64,000 nucleotides of DNA from positions 106,580,001 through 106,644,000 of the forward strand of contig NC_086107.1 of assembly GCF_963921235.1 (NCBI RefSeq), given 5' to 3'. The notes beneath the pieces were generated by a model. It had not been told where the DNA came from and did no database searches. It worked only from the letters and a program-made list of their open reading frames with translations. Shown one piece after another: positions 1 to 14,699 of this stretch. This DNA comes from Mobula hypostoma (Eukaryota). The translations under genes were made by a program, and so were the position numbers. Position 1 is the stretch's first letter; each line of letters starts with the position of its first letter.

Positions 1-1199
1 CTCTCATTCTTCTAAACTCCAGTGAATGCAGGTCTTGATAACCCAATCTCACCTCACACAACAGTCCTGCCATCGCATGGGTCAGTCTGGTGAATCTTTC
101 TGTGGCAGGCATATCTTTTCTTATGTAAAAAGAACTTTGTATAATACTCCAGGTGTCAATGCGTCAAGGACTTGTATAACTGCCCCTGTACTCAAAACCT
201 CTTGCAACTAAAGCCAATATACCATTTGCCTTCTTAACTTTTGGTTGCACATGTAAGTTTACAGGCGTAAAAAGAGACCCACTTAACTTTGTACGTCAAT
301 GTTTCCTGATCTATTTGAATAATACTCTACTTTTTTTCTTACTATAATGTATGATTTCACATTTATCCACATTAAACTGCATCTGCCATGTATTTACCCA
401 CTTGCTCAGGGTGTCTATATTGCCCTGAAGTTTCTGCTTAGAGTTCAAAGGTCAAAATAAATTTATTATCAAAGTTACGATAATATCACCATATACTACC
501 TTGAGATTCATTCACAGTAAAACAAGCAGAATTGGTGCAAAACTGCACACAGAGACTGACAAACAACCAAAGTGCAAAATAAATAACGATAAATGATAAA
601 TAAATAGCTGGATAATAAACAAGTAAACAAGTAAACGAGTAAGTAAATAAATACCGAGAACATGAGCTATAGAATTCTTGAAAGTGGGTTCATAAATTGT
701 AGAATCAGTTCAGAGTTGAGGTGAGATTCCGATTCAAGATTCGAGATTTAAGATTGTTTAATGTCATTTCCCGGACACAAGTGTTCAAATTTCAAAGTAA
801 ATTTATTATCAAAGTACATATACGTCACCATATACAACCCTGAGATTTGTTTATTTGCAGGCATACTTAATAAATCATTAACAGAATAATTATAATTAAC
901 AGAATTAACAGAATAATTATAATTAACAGAATTCATTAATAGAATCAATGACGGACTATGCCAACTTTGGCATTCAACCAGTGTGCAAAAGACAACAAAC
1001 TGTGCAAATATGAAAAGAAACAATAATAATACATCAGCAAAAAATATTGAGAATATGTGATGAAGAGTCCTTGAAAGTGAGTCCATAGGTTGTGGGAACA
1101 CTTCAGTGATGGGGCAAGTGAAGTTATCCCCTTTGGTTCAAGTGTAAAGGAGAAGGTGAAGATATCCACTCTGTGCGTAAATAATGTAATGTCATTATC

Positions 1200-1802
1200 A
1201 AGTCATAGTCGTAGTCATAGTCATAGTCATACTTTATTGATCCCGAGGGAAATTGGTTTTCGTTACAGTTGCACCATAAATAATTAATTAGTAATATGTA
1301 AATCATGCCAGGAAATAAGTCCAGGACCAGCCTATTGGCTCAGGGTGTCTGACCCTCCAAGGGAGGAGTTGTAAAGTTTGATGGCCACAGGCAGGAATTA
1401 CTTCCTATGACGCTCTGTGTTGCATCTCGGTGGAATGAGTCTCTGGCTGAATGTACTCCTGTGCCCACCCACTACATTATGTAGTGGATGGGAGACATTG
1501 TCCAAGATGGCATGCAACTTGGACAGCATCCTCTTTTCAGACACCACCGTGAGAGAGTCCAGTTCCATCCCCACAACATCACTGGCCTTACGAATGAGTT
1601 TGTTGATTCTGTTGGTGTCTGCTACCCTCAGCCTGCTGCCCCAGCACACAACAGCAAACATGATAGCACTGGCCACCACAGACTCGTAGAACATCCTCAG
1701 CATCATCCGGCAGATGTTAAAGGACCTCAGTCTCCTCAGGAAATAGAGACAGCTCTGACCCTTCTTGTAGACAGCCTCAGTGTTCTTTGACCAGTCCAGT
1801 TT
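1200..1802 (-). mobile_element. Rex1/Babar-type non-LTR retrotransposon, 3' fragment with (ATGACT)n tail
   Basis: Minus ORF 1398-1706 (FYESVVASAIMFAVVCWG...SHPLH) resembles the Rex1 RT C-terminus. Simple-repeat tail at ~1200-1230. Confidence 0.75.
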
Positions 1803-3666
1803 ATAATATCACTATATACTACCTTGAAACTCAAATTAAAAATGTTACATAAATTCCCATGTTCAGAGCATTGATGAACATTATACCCCAAATATTGGTT
1901 CCTTCTGCATCTCCGTGATCACTGTCTGGAAAAGATCCATTCATTCTTGTCTGACAACCAAGCCTTAACTGTTATTATGGCAATATTGTCTGAAGGGTGG
2001 ATACTAGTCCAGTACACCTGGGGAAAGGTCCTGTGTCCTGAACCAGTGCAGACCCTCCAATAGCTGAGAATTGATTGGGAACACTTATGCTGAGTAGGAA
2101 TTCAGGCGGAACTTCTCCACAAAGAGAGGAGCTTGCTCTGCCGAGGTGAATTTAAGGGAAGCTGAGGGGGGAAGGAATCAAGCACCATATTGTTGGGGGG
2201 TGGGGGGGGGGAGATGAGGAAAAGGGGGGAGAAACACCATCCTTGAGCAGAGAGGCCTGGTTCTTAGATATCGGTTCCCTACAGAACAGGGCTGAGAGGA
2301 GCAGACTGACAGGGCACACTCATGAGGAAATGGCTGACACAATCATGTGCAACGGGTTAAACCAGCAATAAAACATAGAACATCACAGCACAGTACAGGC
2401 CCTTCAGCTCATCTTGTTGCACTGACCCTTTATTAAGATCAATCTAACTCTTCCCTCCGACATAGCCCTCCATTTTTCTATCATCCATGTGGCTATCTAA
2501 GAGTTTCTTAAATGCCCCTAATGTATCTGCCGCTACCAGCAGCCCTGGGAGGGCAATTCATGCACACCCACCACTTACTGTGTAAAAATTTACCTCCAAC
2601 ATCCCCCTTATTCTTTCAAGTCCAAGTTTACTATCTTCTAACTGTACATACATACAACCAAATGAAACACTGTTCTTCTGGACCACAGTGCACCCACAAA
2701 ACACATATCACACAGAGCACACAAAACAAAATATTACCACAGCTAATAAAATATAATTCAAAATGCACGAGGTGTGCAGCACAGGTAAATGGTAAACAGT
2801 GTCCTGGTAATGAGAACCAGGTGGTATTTATGAGTCTCTCAGCCCGAATGAAGAACCTGTCACCCAGTCTGGCAGTCCTAGTCCTGATGGTCCTGCACCT
2901 CCTTCCTGACAGTAGTGGGTCAAAGTGGAGGGTGGTAGGGATCCTCAGCAATGCTCCAGGCCTTTCATAGGCAACACTCCCGGTAATCGTCACAAATAGG
3001 GCGGAGGAAGACCCTGATGATCACCTCAAGTTGCCCTAAAAGTATGCTCCCTCTTATTAGCCACTTTCACCCCGGGAAACATGGCTATCCATTCGATCTA
3101 CACCTCTTACCATCTTGCGTCTTCTAAATACTGTTGGAAGGACCTGCTTCCTTGGATCGGCGCCTCCTAACTGATTAACTGGCCAGTGCATTGGCCTTTG
3201 TAGGGTCTTCAGAATCAAGTTTTTATCTCTGACATACAGTACTGTGCAACCGACTTAGGCACCCGAGCGACTTATACGTGCTGCATATTGGTTAAAATAG
3301 GAAGGTGGTTGGGAAGCAGAAATTAGAGTACTTAGCTTTGTATTAGTTCCGTCATATTAAGTGTTATTTGGTAACTGGAAGGACATAATATACAGTATTG
3401 TGCAAAAATCTTAGATACCCTAGTTATATATGTGTGTCCAAGACTGTCCAAGACTTTTGGACAGTACTGTTGTCGTGCAATTCTGATTGTGAGTCCTGAT
3501 GATGGGTCTTGGCCCAAAACATCATTTCCACGGTTGCTACCTGAACTGCTGAGTTTCTCCAGCATTTTGTGTGTGTTGTTGTGAAATTTGTTTGCAGCTT
3601 CTGTACAGTGCAATACATAAATATACTATAAATTATAACAAGAAATATATATAAATATAATATATA

Positions 3667-3670
<4 letters not shown>

Positions 3671-3710
<40 letters not shown>
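3671..3710. repeat. (TG)n microsatellite. Others: (TA)n ~7933-7954 and (CT)n ~37266-37293
   Basis: Seen directly in the sequence. Confidence 0.95.
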
Positions 3711-3720
<10 letters not shown>

Positions 3721-4325
3721 ATGGCTCCTTAAGGTTGTTATAGCCTGAGGTGGTAAAGGGGATCAGTCCCACTATCTATTAAATGCTCCCAATGGCACGT
3801 ATCTCAAATAGTCTCTGACAACCAACCAGCTCCTGGCCTTCACGTGTGGCTTAGCTACTAAGCTCGGAAGAACCATTCCTACTGACAGGAGAAGGGGCAA
3901 TGGTGGGCTACTGACACCTTAAAACCGGTCGCTTTGGGCAGACTGGCTTATCTGTCGTGGTCGGCAGCTCATCTAAGAGAAGGAAAACTCTGTTCTCAAA
4001 CCCTCGCTATCTTGAGGCTATACCTACTCTTGGGGGGAGGCTTCAGGAGTAAACACTGAGGAAAAATCCAGAGCTGGAGTCCTAAGGCAGTCCTACATTG
4101 AGATCAACACTGACTGGCAACTCCTGCGACGCCACTGGTGCCAAACCGTATCAGTCTCTGCCGTTCCTTTGGATTGTTCGGCTGCGTGGAGAGGGGGAGC
4201 TTGCTGTACGGGCAACAGCTTGATCTCCAAATCGTACTGCCCCAGCTTACGTATTACATTGAGTGTTAGGACGCAACATCCATGGTCGACCTTGACTAAC
4301 GCAGCGCCTCAGATAAGTAATAATG

Positions 4326-5445
4326 GGGGCGTAGTGGTTAGCACGACGCTTTACAGTACCAGCGAACCAGGTTCAATTCCCCCACTGCCTGGAAGGAGTT
4401 TGTACGTTCTTCCCGTGATTGTGTGGTGTTACGTACCCCGTAACTGGGTTGCCAAACCAGCAGAAATGGATCACTCAGTTGGAGTCTGGAGTACTAGAAC
4501 TAAGAAAGTTTTATTAAAGAAATAAGCAACACAGTAATCGAAAGGATAATAAATGCAACAGTTCAGCAATGATAACCACTCATGTGCACAGAATTAAGAT
4601 AACAGCATCAATCAAGCTCTATCGTTGTCTAGGGGTAAATGACCAAATTTCAAAGTGACTCAAAGTTTAGTTCGCAGTAATCGTTGCCATGGCGATGGAC
4701 AACGTGGGGGGAAGAGAGAGATAGAACAGGAACAACTGATCATTCAGAACGGCTTCACTCACAGACCGGCGATATGGCTCACAAGCAACTTTTGGGCGGG
4801 TCCTTGGTGATGTCACCTGGGGTCACCGACTGTGACCCCTCCTCCAGATGCGGTCGATCCTCTGCAGTGAACCCGGCATCCAGGCAAGGGCGGACACACA
4901 CCGGGTTCCCGCTGATCGTACCTTTCCACCCTGGTTGTTGTCTGATACTTCTCACCCACTCGTGAGAGGCGCACCGCTTCCAGGGTCTCGTTATCTCGGG
5001 TGTCATGTGTGTGTGCCTTAGCGAACCTGTCCCTTTTTATCCCCCTGCTGGGGCATCGCCTGTCCATACTTCAAACAGTTCAAGGTTCAAAGGGGGGAGC
5101 CGCTCCAGACAGCTCTCTCTCCCACGTCCCTTCATTACACATCTCCAGACGCTGCTCCATTGTTCCTTATCTCTCCTTCCCCTGAGGGCAGGTGGCAGAC
5201 CACTTGCTGATGTCACTGATGCTAACCCAGGCCAGCAAACATCTTAATTTTATGTGTATTCTCGTCACAGTGGGTTTCCTCCGGGTGCTCCAGTTTCCTC
5301 CCACAGTCCAAAGATGTGGGTTAATATGTCGTTGTAAATTGTCCTGTGATCAGGCTGGGGTTAAATCAGGGGAATGCTGGGTGATGGGGGTCGAAGGGCC
5401 GGAAGGCCCGATTCTGTGCAATATCCCAATAAATAAATAAATAAA
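4326..5445 (+). mobile_element. tRNA-derived V-SINE (HE1-like), split by the solo LTR. Further copies at e.g. 9650-9840(-), 12130-12320(-), 23580-23800(-), 30095-30360(-), 33060-33345(+), 44715-44980(+), 51440-51685(+)
   Basis: A-box-like gtagtggttagc, B-box ggttcaattcc, central GTGGGTTTCCTCCGGGTGCTCC..TTTCCTCCCACAGTCCAAAGA core and (AATA)n tail. Confidence 0.8.
4427..5269 (-). mobile_element. Solo LTR (843 bp, Gypsy-like) inserted inside a V-SINE
   Basis: TG...CA termini (tgttacg / cgtcaca), 4-bp TSD GTGG at 4423-4426 and 5270-5273, and the SINE resumes seamlessly on both sides. Minus-strand GATAAAAA near 5035 and AATAAA near 4512. Confidence 0.85.
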
Positions 5446-8400
5446 TTTATATAATAAATAATGTAAGTAATAAATATGGATATATTTATGTATACTGTAC
5501 AAATTATATACATAATGCAAAAAGGCCAAATAAAAATGTTGTGTTCACGGGTTCAATGTCCGTTCTGAAATCTAATGGACCTGTTCCAAAGGGACTGAGT
5601 GTCTGTCTTCAGGCTCCTGAAGCTCCTTCCTGATGGTAGCAATGAGAAAAGGACACATTCTGGGTAATGTGGGTGGGTCCTTCATGGCGGATGTTGTCTT
5701 TCTGAGGCATGGCCTTTTGAAGATGTCCTTGGTGGTTGGGGAGGCTGGTGTCCACGGTGAACCTTGTATGTCAATGGTTGTGTCACTTCCTTACAGACAC
5801 GGCACGCTTCTCATGTGGTTTGCCCAGTGTAAAAATCATCAGTGTCATGAAAGCCGACGACTAATTGCACTTTTATTGCAATTAACTGTGTTCAAATATT
5901 GTACAGGCAGGTTGCTCCTCAGAGGGAGGCAGTGGGGCGGGAGACCAAAAGGGTTAATTTCCAGAACAAGAGCAACAGTAGGCCATTCTGCCCCTTGTAG
6001 CTGCACTGCCATTCAACGAGACCCTGCTACTTATTTACCTCTGCACTCTTTTGTACAATAACCCCATATCCCTGAAGTTCCTAAATACTGAAAAATCTAT
6101 CACTCTCGGTTTGGACTGAGCCTGCATAACCATCTTGGATAGAAAATTCTTCAGACACATTACCCATTAGATCAGGGTTTCCCAACCGTTGTTATGCCGT
6201 GTACCCTTACCATTAACCGAGAGGTCCATGGGCCCCTGCACTGGCTGAAGAAACCCTTCTCTTATCTCCATCTTCAAAAGCCAACTCCATATTCTGAGGC
6301 ACAAGAGACTGCAAACTTTGGAATCTGGAGCAACAAATAATCTCCTGGAGATCTCAGTGGGTTGAACAGTATCTGTCGGAGGATAGGAATCGCCAACATT
6401 TTGGGCGCAAGCCCATATTTTGAACCTTAAGGTTCATAATCCGTGGTTTTTCAGCTTTTTCCTCATTGGCCCATTCAGCAAAGTCATAAACTGCACATTT
6501 TCCCTTGTTAATTTCCATGAGAATTGTAAGCGTTAATACAGAAAATTCACAAGGATGTTTCCGGGACTTGAGGACCTGTGTCATAGGGAAAGGTTGAAAG
6601 GTTCGGACTTTATTCCTTGGAGCGCAGAGAGAACGAGGGGAGATTTGATAGAGGGATGCAAAATTACGAAGGGTATAGATAGGGTGAATGCAAGCAGGCT
6701 TCTCCCGCTGATCTTGGGTGAGAATAGAACTAGAGGTCATTGGTCAAAGGTGAAAGGTGAAATATTTAAGGGGAACCTGAGGGGAGACCTACTGACTGTG
6801 TCATTGCCTGGTACGGGAACTGTACTATCCTCAATCGCAGGGCACTGCAGAGAGTGGTATAGACAGCCCGGTGCATCTGTGGATTAGAACTCTCCTCTTT
6901 TCAGGACATTTACAGCAGCAGGTGTAAAAGAAAGGGCCTGGAGGATCATGAGTGACTCCAGCTACCCCAGGCACAAACTGTTTCAGCTGCTACCATCTGG
7001 CAAATGGTACGGCAGCCCTAAGGCCAGGACTCACAGGCTCCAGGACAGCTTCTTTCACCAGGCAATCAGATTTATCAATACAAATTGATCCGACTGTACA
7101 TCGTATCTGAGTGTACATACATGTATACAAAATAGATATGTATACAATCTCAGTGTATGGGCAATATCCTCCCACATCTCCCTTCCTTATTTCTTGTACA
7201 CTGCGACAGAGACACAACATCAAGATTTTCACTCACTTGGATGTAAGAAATAAAAAAAAATAAATAACTTCTTCACTCAGCGGGTGGTTTGAGTGTGGAA
7301 TGAGCTGCCAGGAGAAGTGGTGGATGTGGGCAACACTTAAGAGAAATATGGACAAGTGCATGGCGGAAGATGGTTATAGATATCTATGGTCCAGGTACGG
7401 ATCCATAGGACAAAGCTGAATAACTCTTCAGTATGGACTAGATGGGCTGAAGGGCCTGTATCTGTTCTGTGGTGCTGGAAGGAGAAATCCAAACCCATGC
7501 CATCAGGTTGGAGGCTACTAAACTAAAACCCTAGTTACTAGTTCCTTGCAACTAAAGCTCTGCCTGTTTTCTCAGGCATTATGGGATTTTTTTTTCTGTT
7601 TTAGCGTCAAACTTTTAATCTCCAGTCCAGCTCTCACAAAACGCCACATCTACAAGACGAGGAGCTTATTTTAGTGTGCACGAGCGCCTCATCTGAAATG
7701 TACTCCGTGCTGGGATCGGGAAGAACTGTGGTCAACCACAACGGCCGGGCAACATCTGTGACTTGACAAATCCACTCAGCTCACACTCACTGTGATAAAT
7801 TAGTCCTGGGATCTGCTTTTTTTTGTGACCCTCCAGCAGCTGGGAGTTTTGTCAGAATGAATTTTGTCAACAGCCTGAAGGCCAGCTTGTTAGATTTTGC
7901 TCTCCTTCCTACCCTCTAATTAAAAATCAGTTTATATATATATATATATATATATCTCTATCTTGACCCTCTGAAGGGTGAGGGGAGGGGATTTGGTCAC
8001 AGACCCAAATCTTTGAATTTCCCTCTCCACAGGTTCTTTCTTACCCGCTGAGTTTACCCATCATTTTCTGTTTTTGTTTCGGATTTTCAGCATCTGCGGT
8101 TTGGTTTGAATTTCAAGCTGTCAAATGACGAATATTGTCTCAGGCTGCTAGAAGATAACTCTCTTCATCATATTCTAGTGCTTTTTCACCCCACTGAAAC
8201 ACCTGGGGCGACTCAGAACAGAGACGTGATCTTAGAATTTGAGTCACCACTTTCAGAAGAGAGCTTAGGAGATGTGAGGCCCTCCATTGGCCAACCCCGA
8301 CCATGGATGCTGCGTCCCGGCAGTCTACGTGATACACAAACCGGGGCAGTACGATACGGAGAGCAAGCTGCTGCCCGTGCAGCAGGCTCCCCCTCTCCAC

Positions 8401-8589
8401 ACAGCTGATGAATCCAAAGGAACGGCAGAGACCGTTACAGTTTGGCACCAGCAGCGTCACAAGAGTTGCCAGTCAGCGTTAAGCTCAACGTAGGACTGCC
8501 TTGGGGACTTGAGCTCCGGATTTTTCCCGTGGGGGTTTATTGCTGAAGACTTCCCTGTGAGCGGGTATATAGCTGCAAGGCAGCAGAGG

Positions 8590-9005
8590 TGTAATGAGCA
8601 CTCCAGGCCTGTGGGGGTGCTGGACAGCATTGGGCTCTGAGGTTTTTAAGCGCATCCTAAATGGTTAATTGTTGTTTAATGAGAGTCACTAATCATTTAA
8701 AGTTCCTTGTGTTTTTTTTCTTGAGCGACTTATTCTTTGTAATGCAGTCTCCTGCTGCTTTCTGTCGTTAAGTTTATCTTGATAGACTTGGGGATTCTGT
8801 GTTACTTGTGTTATGTAAGCGGATGCCCTATTGGAGCTACTTGCGGGGTCCTAGTTTTGAGAATGCTACATCTTGCGGTGTCGCTGGGCTGAGCTACTGA
8901 TATTCTATTGGAATTATTATGAATAAATTCTGATCGCCATCTCTGCACGGGAGTCGGTCTTTCCTCCGCACTTGGGTTCTGATGTCGCCAGTGCATATCG
9001 AAACA
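8590..9005 (+). mobile_element. Probable older solo LTR interrupting a dispersed repeat
   Basis: Begins TGTAA and ends AAACA, with AATAAA near 8922. It splits a repeat that is uninterrupted at ~3980-4010(rc) and 19260-19300(rc). The TSD is imperfect. Confidence 0.5.
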
Positions 9006-12000
9006 GGAGATATGAGATCAGAGTTTTCATTCTCCTAGACGAGCTTCCAACCAGGACTGATGAGAAGCGACTGGTTCTAAGGCGCCAGTAACCCGTCTCT
9101 GCCCCTTCTCCTGTCACTGGAAACGGTTCTGCCGGGCCTAATAGCTAAGCCACATGTGAAGGCCAGGAGCTGGACTTGGTTGTCAGAGTCTATTGGAGAT
9201 GCACGCCATTGGGAGCATTTAATCGGTAGTGGGAGCTTGTCCACGTTACCTCACCCGGCTATAACTACCTTAAGGAACCAATTTATGAAATATCTCTCCA
9301 CAATCTAGCTGGTGAATGTCTCTTTGTCATAAATAGCAATTGATACCGGGTGTGTCATTAACTTCAGATGTGAAATTGATTGTGCAGTTGTTGACATGGG
9401 CGTGGTCGTATGAAGCATGTTGTGCTGTGAAAGGGATTTGCTCAACAATGGTGGTACAGGATATGGGGAAAGGAAGAGTGCTGATACTCTAAAATGAGAT
9501 TCAAAATGCTGGAAATACTCAGCCGGTCAGGTTGCAACCGTGGGAGAAGAATCATCAGCTAGTGACCTATTATTTTATTTATCTATCTACCTTCCCATTT
9601 ATTTATTTGTTTGTTTATCTATCTATCTACTTAGAGGCACAGTATAGAACAGACCCTTCTGGCCCACCGAGCCTCACTACCCAGCAATCCCTTGATTCAA
9701 CCCTAACCTAGTCACGGGGCAATTTACAATGACTAATTAACCTACTAGCCGGTACGTCTTCGGACTGTGGGAGGAAGTTGGAGCAGATGGAGGAAACCCA
9801 TGCGGTCACGGGGAGAACGTACAAACTCCTTACAGAAGGTGCTGGAACGTCCAGCTGTACTAATTTGGTCCGGGTAGGGAGAGTAAAAGAAGCTGGCCCT
9901 CCATTCTTGCGAGATGCTCGATATGACAAGCGAGGTCTGTACTCCGCTGTCATATCCTAAACCTCTGCTCCAGTACAACACTTGAACACTAAGTTCCAAA
10001 TACTTACTTCACTCTGTCCAGCCACGGGCCAGCAATTCCCAGCAATCAGCGAAGATGCTGAATTTCTTCAAGGAGGCTTTGGCCACATCCTGAACCTTTC
10101 TCTCATGGCAACCCTTCCCTGTGACGGATCTCGATGTAGAGTGTGTGGTTCGGCAGCAAAGGCAAAGTTGCCTTCCCGACACAAGCAGCTGGGCGTAACG
10201 AGGACCACAGTCTTGTGGATGTTGGCCTAAGAGAGAGAGAGAGAGGACACTGAATTCTTATAAATGAAAATTATTTGAAATTTTGTTGTGTGTTCTTTCC
10301 CAGTTCAGCTCAGGGTATTCACAAACAAAGGAGACATTGCATGTGCTCAAGGCCCCAAGAAAACACTTCTTTAGAACTAGCATAAATGTAATACAGAAAG
10401 AAAACAAATCTCAACAGTAGTAGCAGTACAGAAATCAAAATAATACTTACCATAAGACCTTAAGATATAGGAGCAGAATTAGGCCATTTGGCCCATCGAG
10501 TCTGCGCTGCCATTTCATCATGGCTGATCCATTTTCCCTCTCAGCTCCACCTGCCTTCTCCCTGTATCCCTACATGCCCTGACCAATCAAGAATCTATCA
10601 ACCTCTGCCTTAAATATATATAAAAACTTGGCCTCCATAGCCGCCTGTGGCAATAGTTTCCAAAGACTCACCACTTTCTAAATCAGATATCATCCTCTAA
10701 ATGAGCTGATCTGTGGAATGGCGACAGACTTTCACGCAGTCTCTCAGTCTCTCTAACTCTCTCTCTCACCCTCTCACTCTCTAACTCTCTCTCACTCTCT
10801 CTCTTTCTCTCAGTTTAACTTTAACTCTGACTCGACATAAACTTGACTCTCTGTACCCTGTCTTAGCACAAGCCACCAGCCATCAACCAGCCAAGGACAA
10901 AACTCTGCACCCTTGGACCAAGAAGCTGCCCATTTTATACCCTGCAAAAAACCTTACACTGGTACTTTTCCATATACTTAGTACCTGCACTTGCACAACA
11001 ATGTCACCCTCCTGTGAAAAATCCTATTTTTCTTCATCTTCCATTGTTATAGCTGTACTCTTTACTTCCTCTCTTAACTTTCCTTTAACTTCCTCAAAAC
11101 ATTAATGCTGTGAACTTCCTCTTGTACTTCCCAAAACAATTCATCTCCAAGCTTACAACACTTTGTCTTACTGACCTCCATTCTATTTTAGGATATACCA
11201 AGAAGGAATCACATTTAACTTTTCCCTGAAATTTATTCTTCTAGAAGATTTGGATGCATTTGTCAAAAGTAGCATCTTTGAGACGTCTTCGATACTTGGT
11301 CCAAATCTCAGAAGCAAAGAAACTATAAAGAAACCCTCCCGCCGAATGGTTTCGGCCCGAAATGTCGACCGTAGTTTTTTCCGTGGCTGCTGGCTGGCCT
11401 GCTGAGTTCCTCAACGTTTTGTGTGTGTTGCTTGTTTTAAAGATAAAGATTAGCTTTATTTCGAACAAGAGAAAATCTGCAGATGCTGGAAATCCAAGCA
11501 ACACACACAAAACATGGGAGGAACTCAGCAGGCCAGGCAGCATCTATGGATAAGAGTAAACAGTCGATGTTTTGGGATGAGACCCTTCATCAGGACAGGA
11601 GAAAATAAGATGAGGAGTCAGAGTTAGGTGGGGGGACGGGAGGAAGACCCGCATGGTGATGGGTGAAACTGGGAAGGGAGGGAGGGATGAAGTGAAGAGC
11701 TGGGAAGCTGATTGGTGGAAGAGACACAGGGCTGGAGAAGGGGGAATCTGCTAGGAGAGGACAGAAGGCCATGGTAGAAAGAAAAGGCAGAGGAGCATCA
11801 GAGGGAGGTGATGGGCAGGAAGGTGAGAGCAGAAAAGGATTTCTCAAACTTCCAGTAATGCCTCCCCTTCTCCATTCCCCACCCCCTTTTCCCTCTCTCA
11901 CCTTATCTCCTTAATTACCCATCACCTCCTTCTGGTGCTCCTCCCATTCTCTTTCTAACATGACCATCTGGCCTCTCCTACCAGTTTCCCCCTTCTCCAG

Positions 12001-14699
12001 TCCTGTTATCTCTTTCACCATCAGCTTCCCAGCTTTTTACCACACCCCTCCCCCCCCCACACAACTCCAGTTTAAATACACACTGAAATGTACTGCTTGT
12101 GTCAAGGATATGCTGGGGGTAGTCAATGTGCTTCCTGCGCAAACCTTGCATGCCCACGACCTATTAACCCTCGCTCGTAATTGGACTGTGGGAGGAAACC
12201 AGAGCCCCCCGGAGCGAACCCATGTGGTCACAGGGAGCGTGCAAACTCCTTGCAGACAGCGGCAGGAATTGAACCCCGATCTTACGGCTGGCACTGCAGT
12301 GCATTGCACTAACCGCACTGCTGCCTGTTAGTTTCCTGCTGCGCTTGAGGTCTCCATCTTCAGAAAAACAGTTGGCCAAAGGTTGCTGTGGCCCAGCGAA
12401 GCTTTGTGTTTAGAATCGGAGTTACAGCGCGGAAACAGGACTTTAGGTCCATCTAGTCCATGCCAGACTAGTATTCTGCCTTGTCCCATCGATCTGCACC
12501 TGGACCATAGCCCTCTACAACCCTCCCACCTATATACTTGTCCAACCTTCTCTTAAATGTTGAAATCAAATCTGCACCCATCACCTCCACTGGCATCTTG
12601 TTCCGCACTCTCTCCATCCTCTGAGTGAAGAAGTTCTCCCTCATGTTACCCTTGAACATTTCACCTTTCACCTTTAACCTATGAACTTTTGCTCTGGTTC
12701 ATTGTTGAGTGGGTGCTGCTGTGAGTGGTTCATGGCCCATTGTTGTTGGACTGTAAGACCGTAAGACACAGGGAGCAGAGTTGGCCCATTTGGCCCATTG
12801 ACTCTGCCCCACCATTCCATCTTGGCTGATTTATAATCCCTCTCAACCCCATTCTCCTGCCTCAGCTTCAAATACACCCAATGACTTGGCTTCCACAGCC
12901 AGCTGTGGCACTGAATTCCACAGATTCACCACCTTCTGGCTAAAGAAATTCCTCGTCTCTGTTCTAAAAGTCTCCAATCTGATATGCATGAACATAGACT
13001 TCTCTACCCTCTGGTAATTTCTCCCTCCCCCCTGCCCCTTCTCTCTTTTTCCTTTCCCCACTCTGACTCCCCTCTTACCCCTTCTCTTCTCCTCACCTGC
13101 CTATCATCTCTCTCCATTGCACCTCCTCCCTCCCATTCCCCCATGGCTCACTCGCGTCTCCTATCAGATTCTTTCTTCTTCAGCCCTTTACCTCTTCCAC
13201 CTATCACCTCCCAGCTTCTCAGTTCATCCCCACTTGGTTTCACCTATCACCTGCCAGTTTGTATTTCTTCCCCTGTCCTCCACGCCGCACCTTCTTAATT
13301 CTGGCCTTTTCACCTTCCTTTCCAGTCCTGATGGGACGTTGACTCTTTATTCCTTTTCATGCATGCTGCCTGACCTGCTGAGTTCCTCCATCATTTTGTG
13401 TGCAAAATTCCCAGATTTTCTGTTTTTATTTCAGATACTTAGTATCTGCAGAATTTTAGGTTTACTGCTTTGCTTATAACTCCGGTCCTATTTTATAATC
13501 ACATTGTTTTGTGAGGATTATAGATCAGATTATATTTAACACCTTTTTTCACAGTTTTCTTCCAATTTCCTTTCCCCTGAGTCAGAGAAATAAACAGAAT
13601 TTGCCATTTTGTGACTGGCCAAGGAGACACAAGAGCATAAGACAATAAGGCATAGGAAAGAATTGGGCCATTTGGCGCATCGAGTTTGCTCTGCCTTTCC
13701 ATCAGGGCTAATTTATTCTCCTCCTCTTCTTCTCAACCTCATTCTCCTGCCTTCTCCCCGTTACTAATCAAGAATCTATCATCTGTGATGTTTGTTTGTG
13801 TTTTTGAGCTATTGGGTGATGGGAAGCATCGCAGCCGAGACCAATCCTGTTTCCACACACAAACTCACAATATTCCAGCACCCTTTCCTCAAGAGCTGAT
13901 ATCCGCAGCCTCTCCACAATCGGAGCTCCTGAACTTCTTGTTGCCTGTGATTTTTAACTGACCGTCCCACTCCAGTTCTGCACTCTCAGCCTGAGGCCCC
14001 CTGTGCTGTGACAATGAGGTCCGACATAATTTGGGAAAATAAAACCTCAGCTTTGGCTGCAGCTTGAGAATCCAATATTAAATTCTCCAACTCTAGATAA
14101 CGTGTTCTGCCTTCCTGTTTCCTACAATGACCACATTTGATTGCTTGTGAAGAGCTTGGAGGACATTCCAAAAGGGATATGGAAGATAGGAGATTGGACA
14201 TGCACATAGGAGATTGCTCAGAGGATGCAAATCCAGAGTAACAGATGCAAAATGCTGGAGGAACTCAACAGGTCAGATAGCATCCATGGAGAGGAACATA
14301 GAACAGTACAACACAATACAGGCCCTTCAGCCCACAATGTTCTGCCAACCTTTTAACCTACTCCAAGATCAATCTAACCCTTCCCTCCCCCATAGCCCTC
14401 TGTTTTTATATCATCCATGAGCCTCTTAAATGTTCCTAATGCATCTGCCTCTACCACCACCTCTGGCAGCACATTCCGCGCACCCACCACTCTCCATGTT
14501 GGAAACATACCTCTGACATTCCCCACTATACTTTCCTCTAATCACCTTAGTATTATGCCCTCACGTATTTGCCATTTCCTCCCTGGGAAAAAGGCTCTGT
14601 CTGTCCACTCCATCTATGCTTATCTTGTACATCTGTATCGAGTCATCTCATCCTTCTTTGCTCCAAAGAGAAAAGTCCTAGCTCATTCAAACTATCCTC

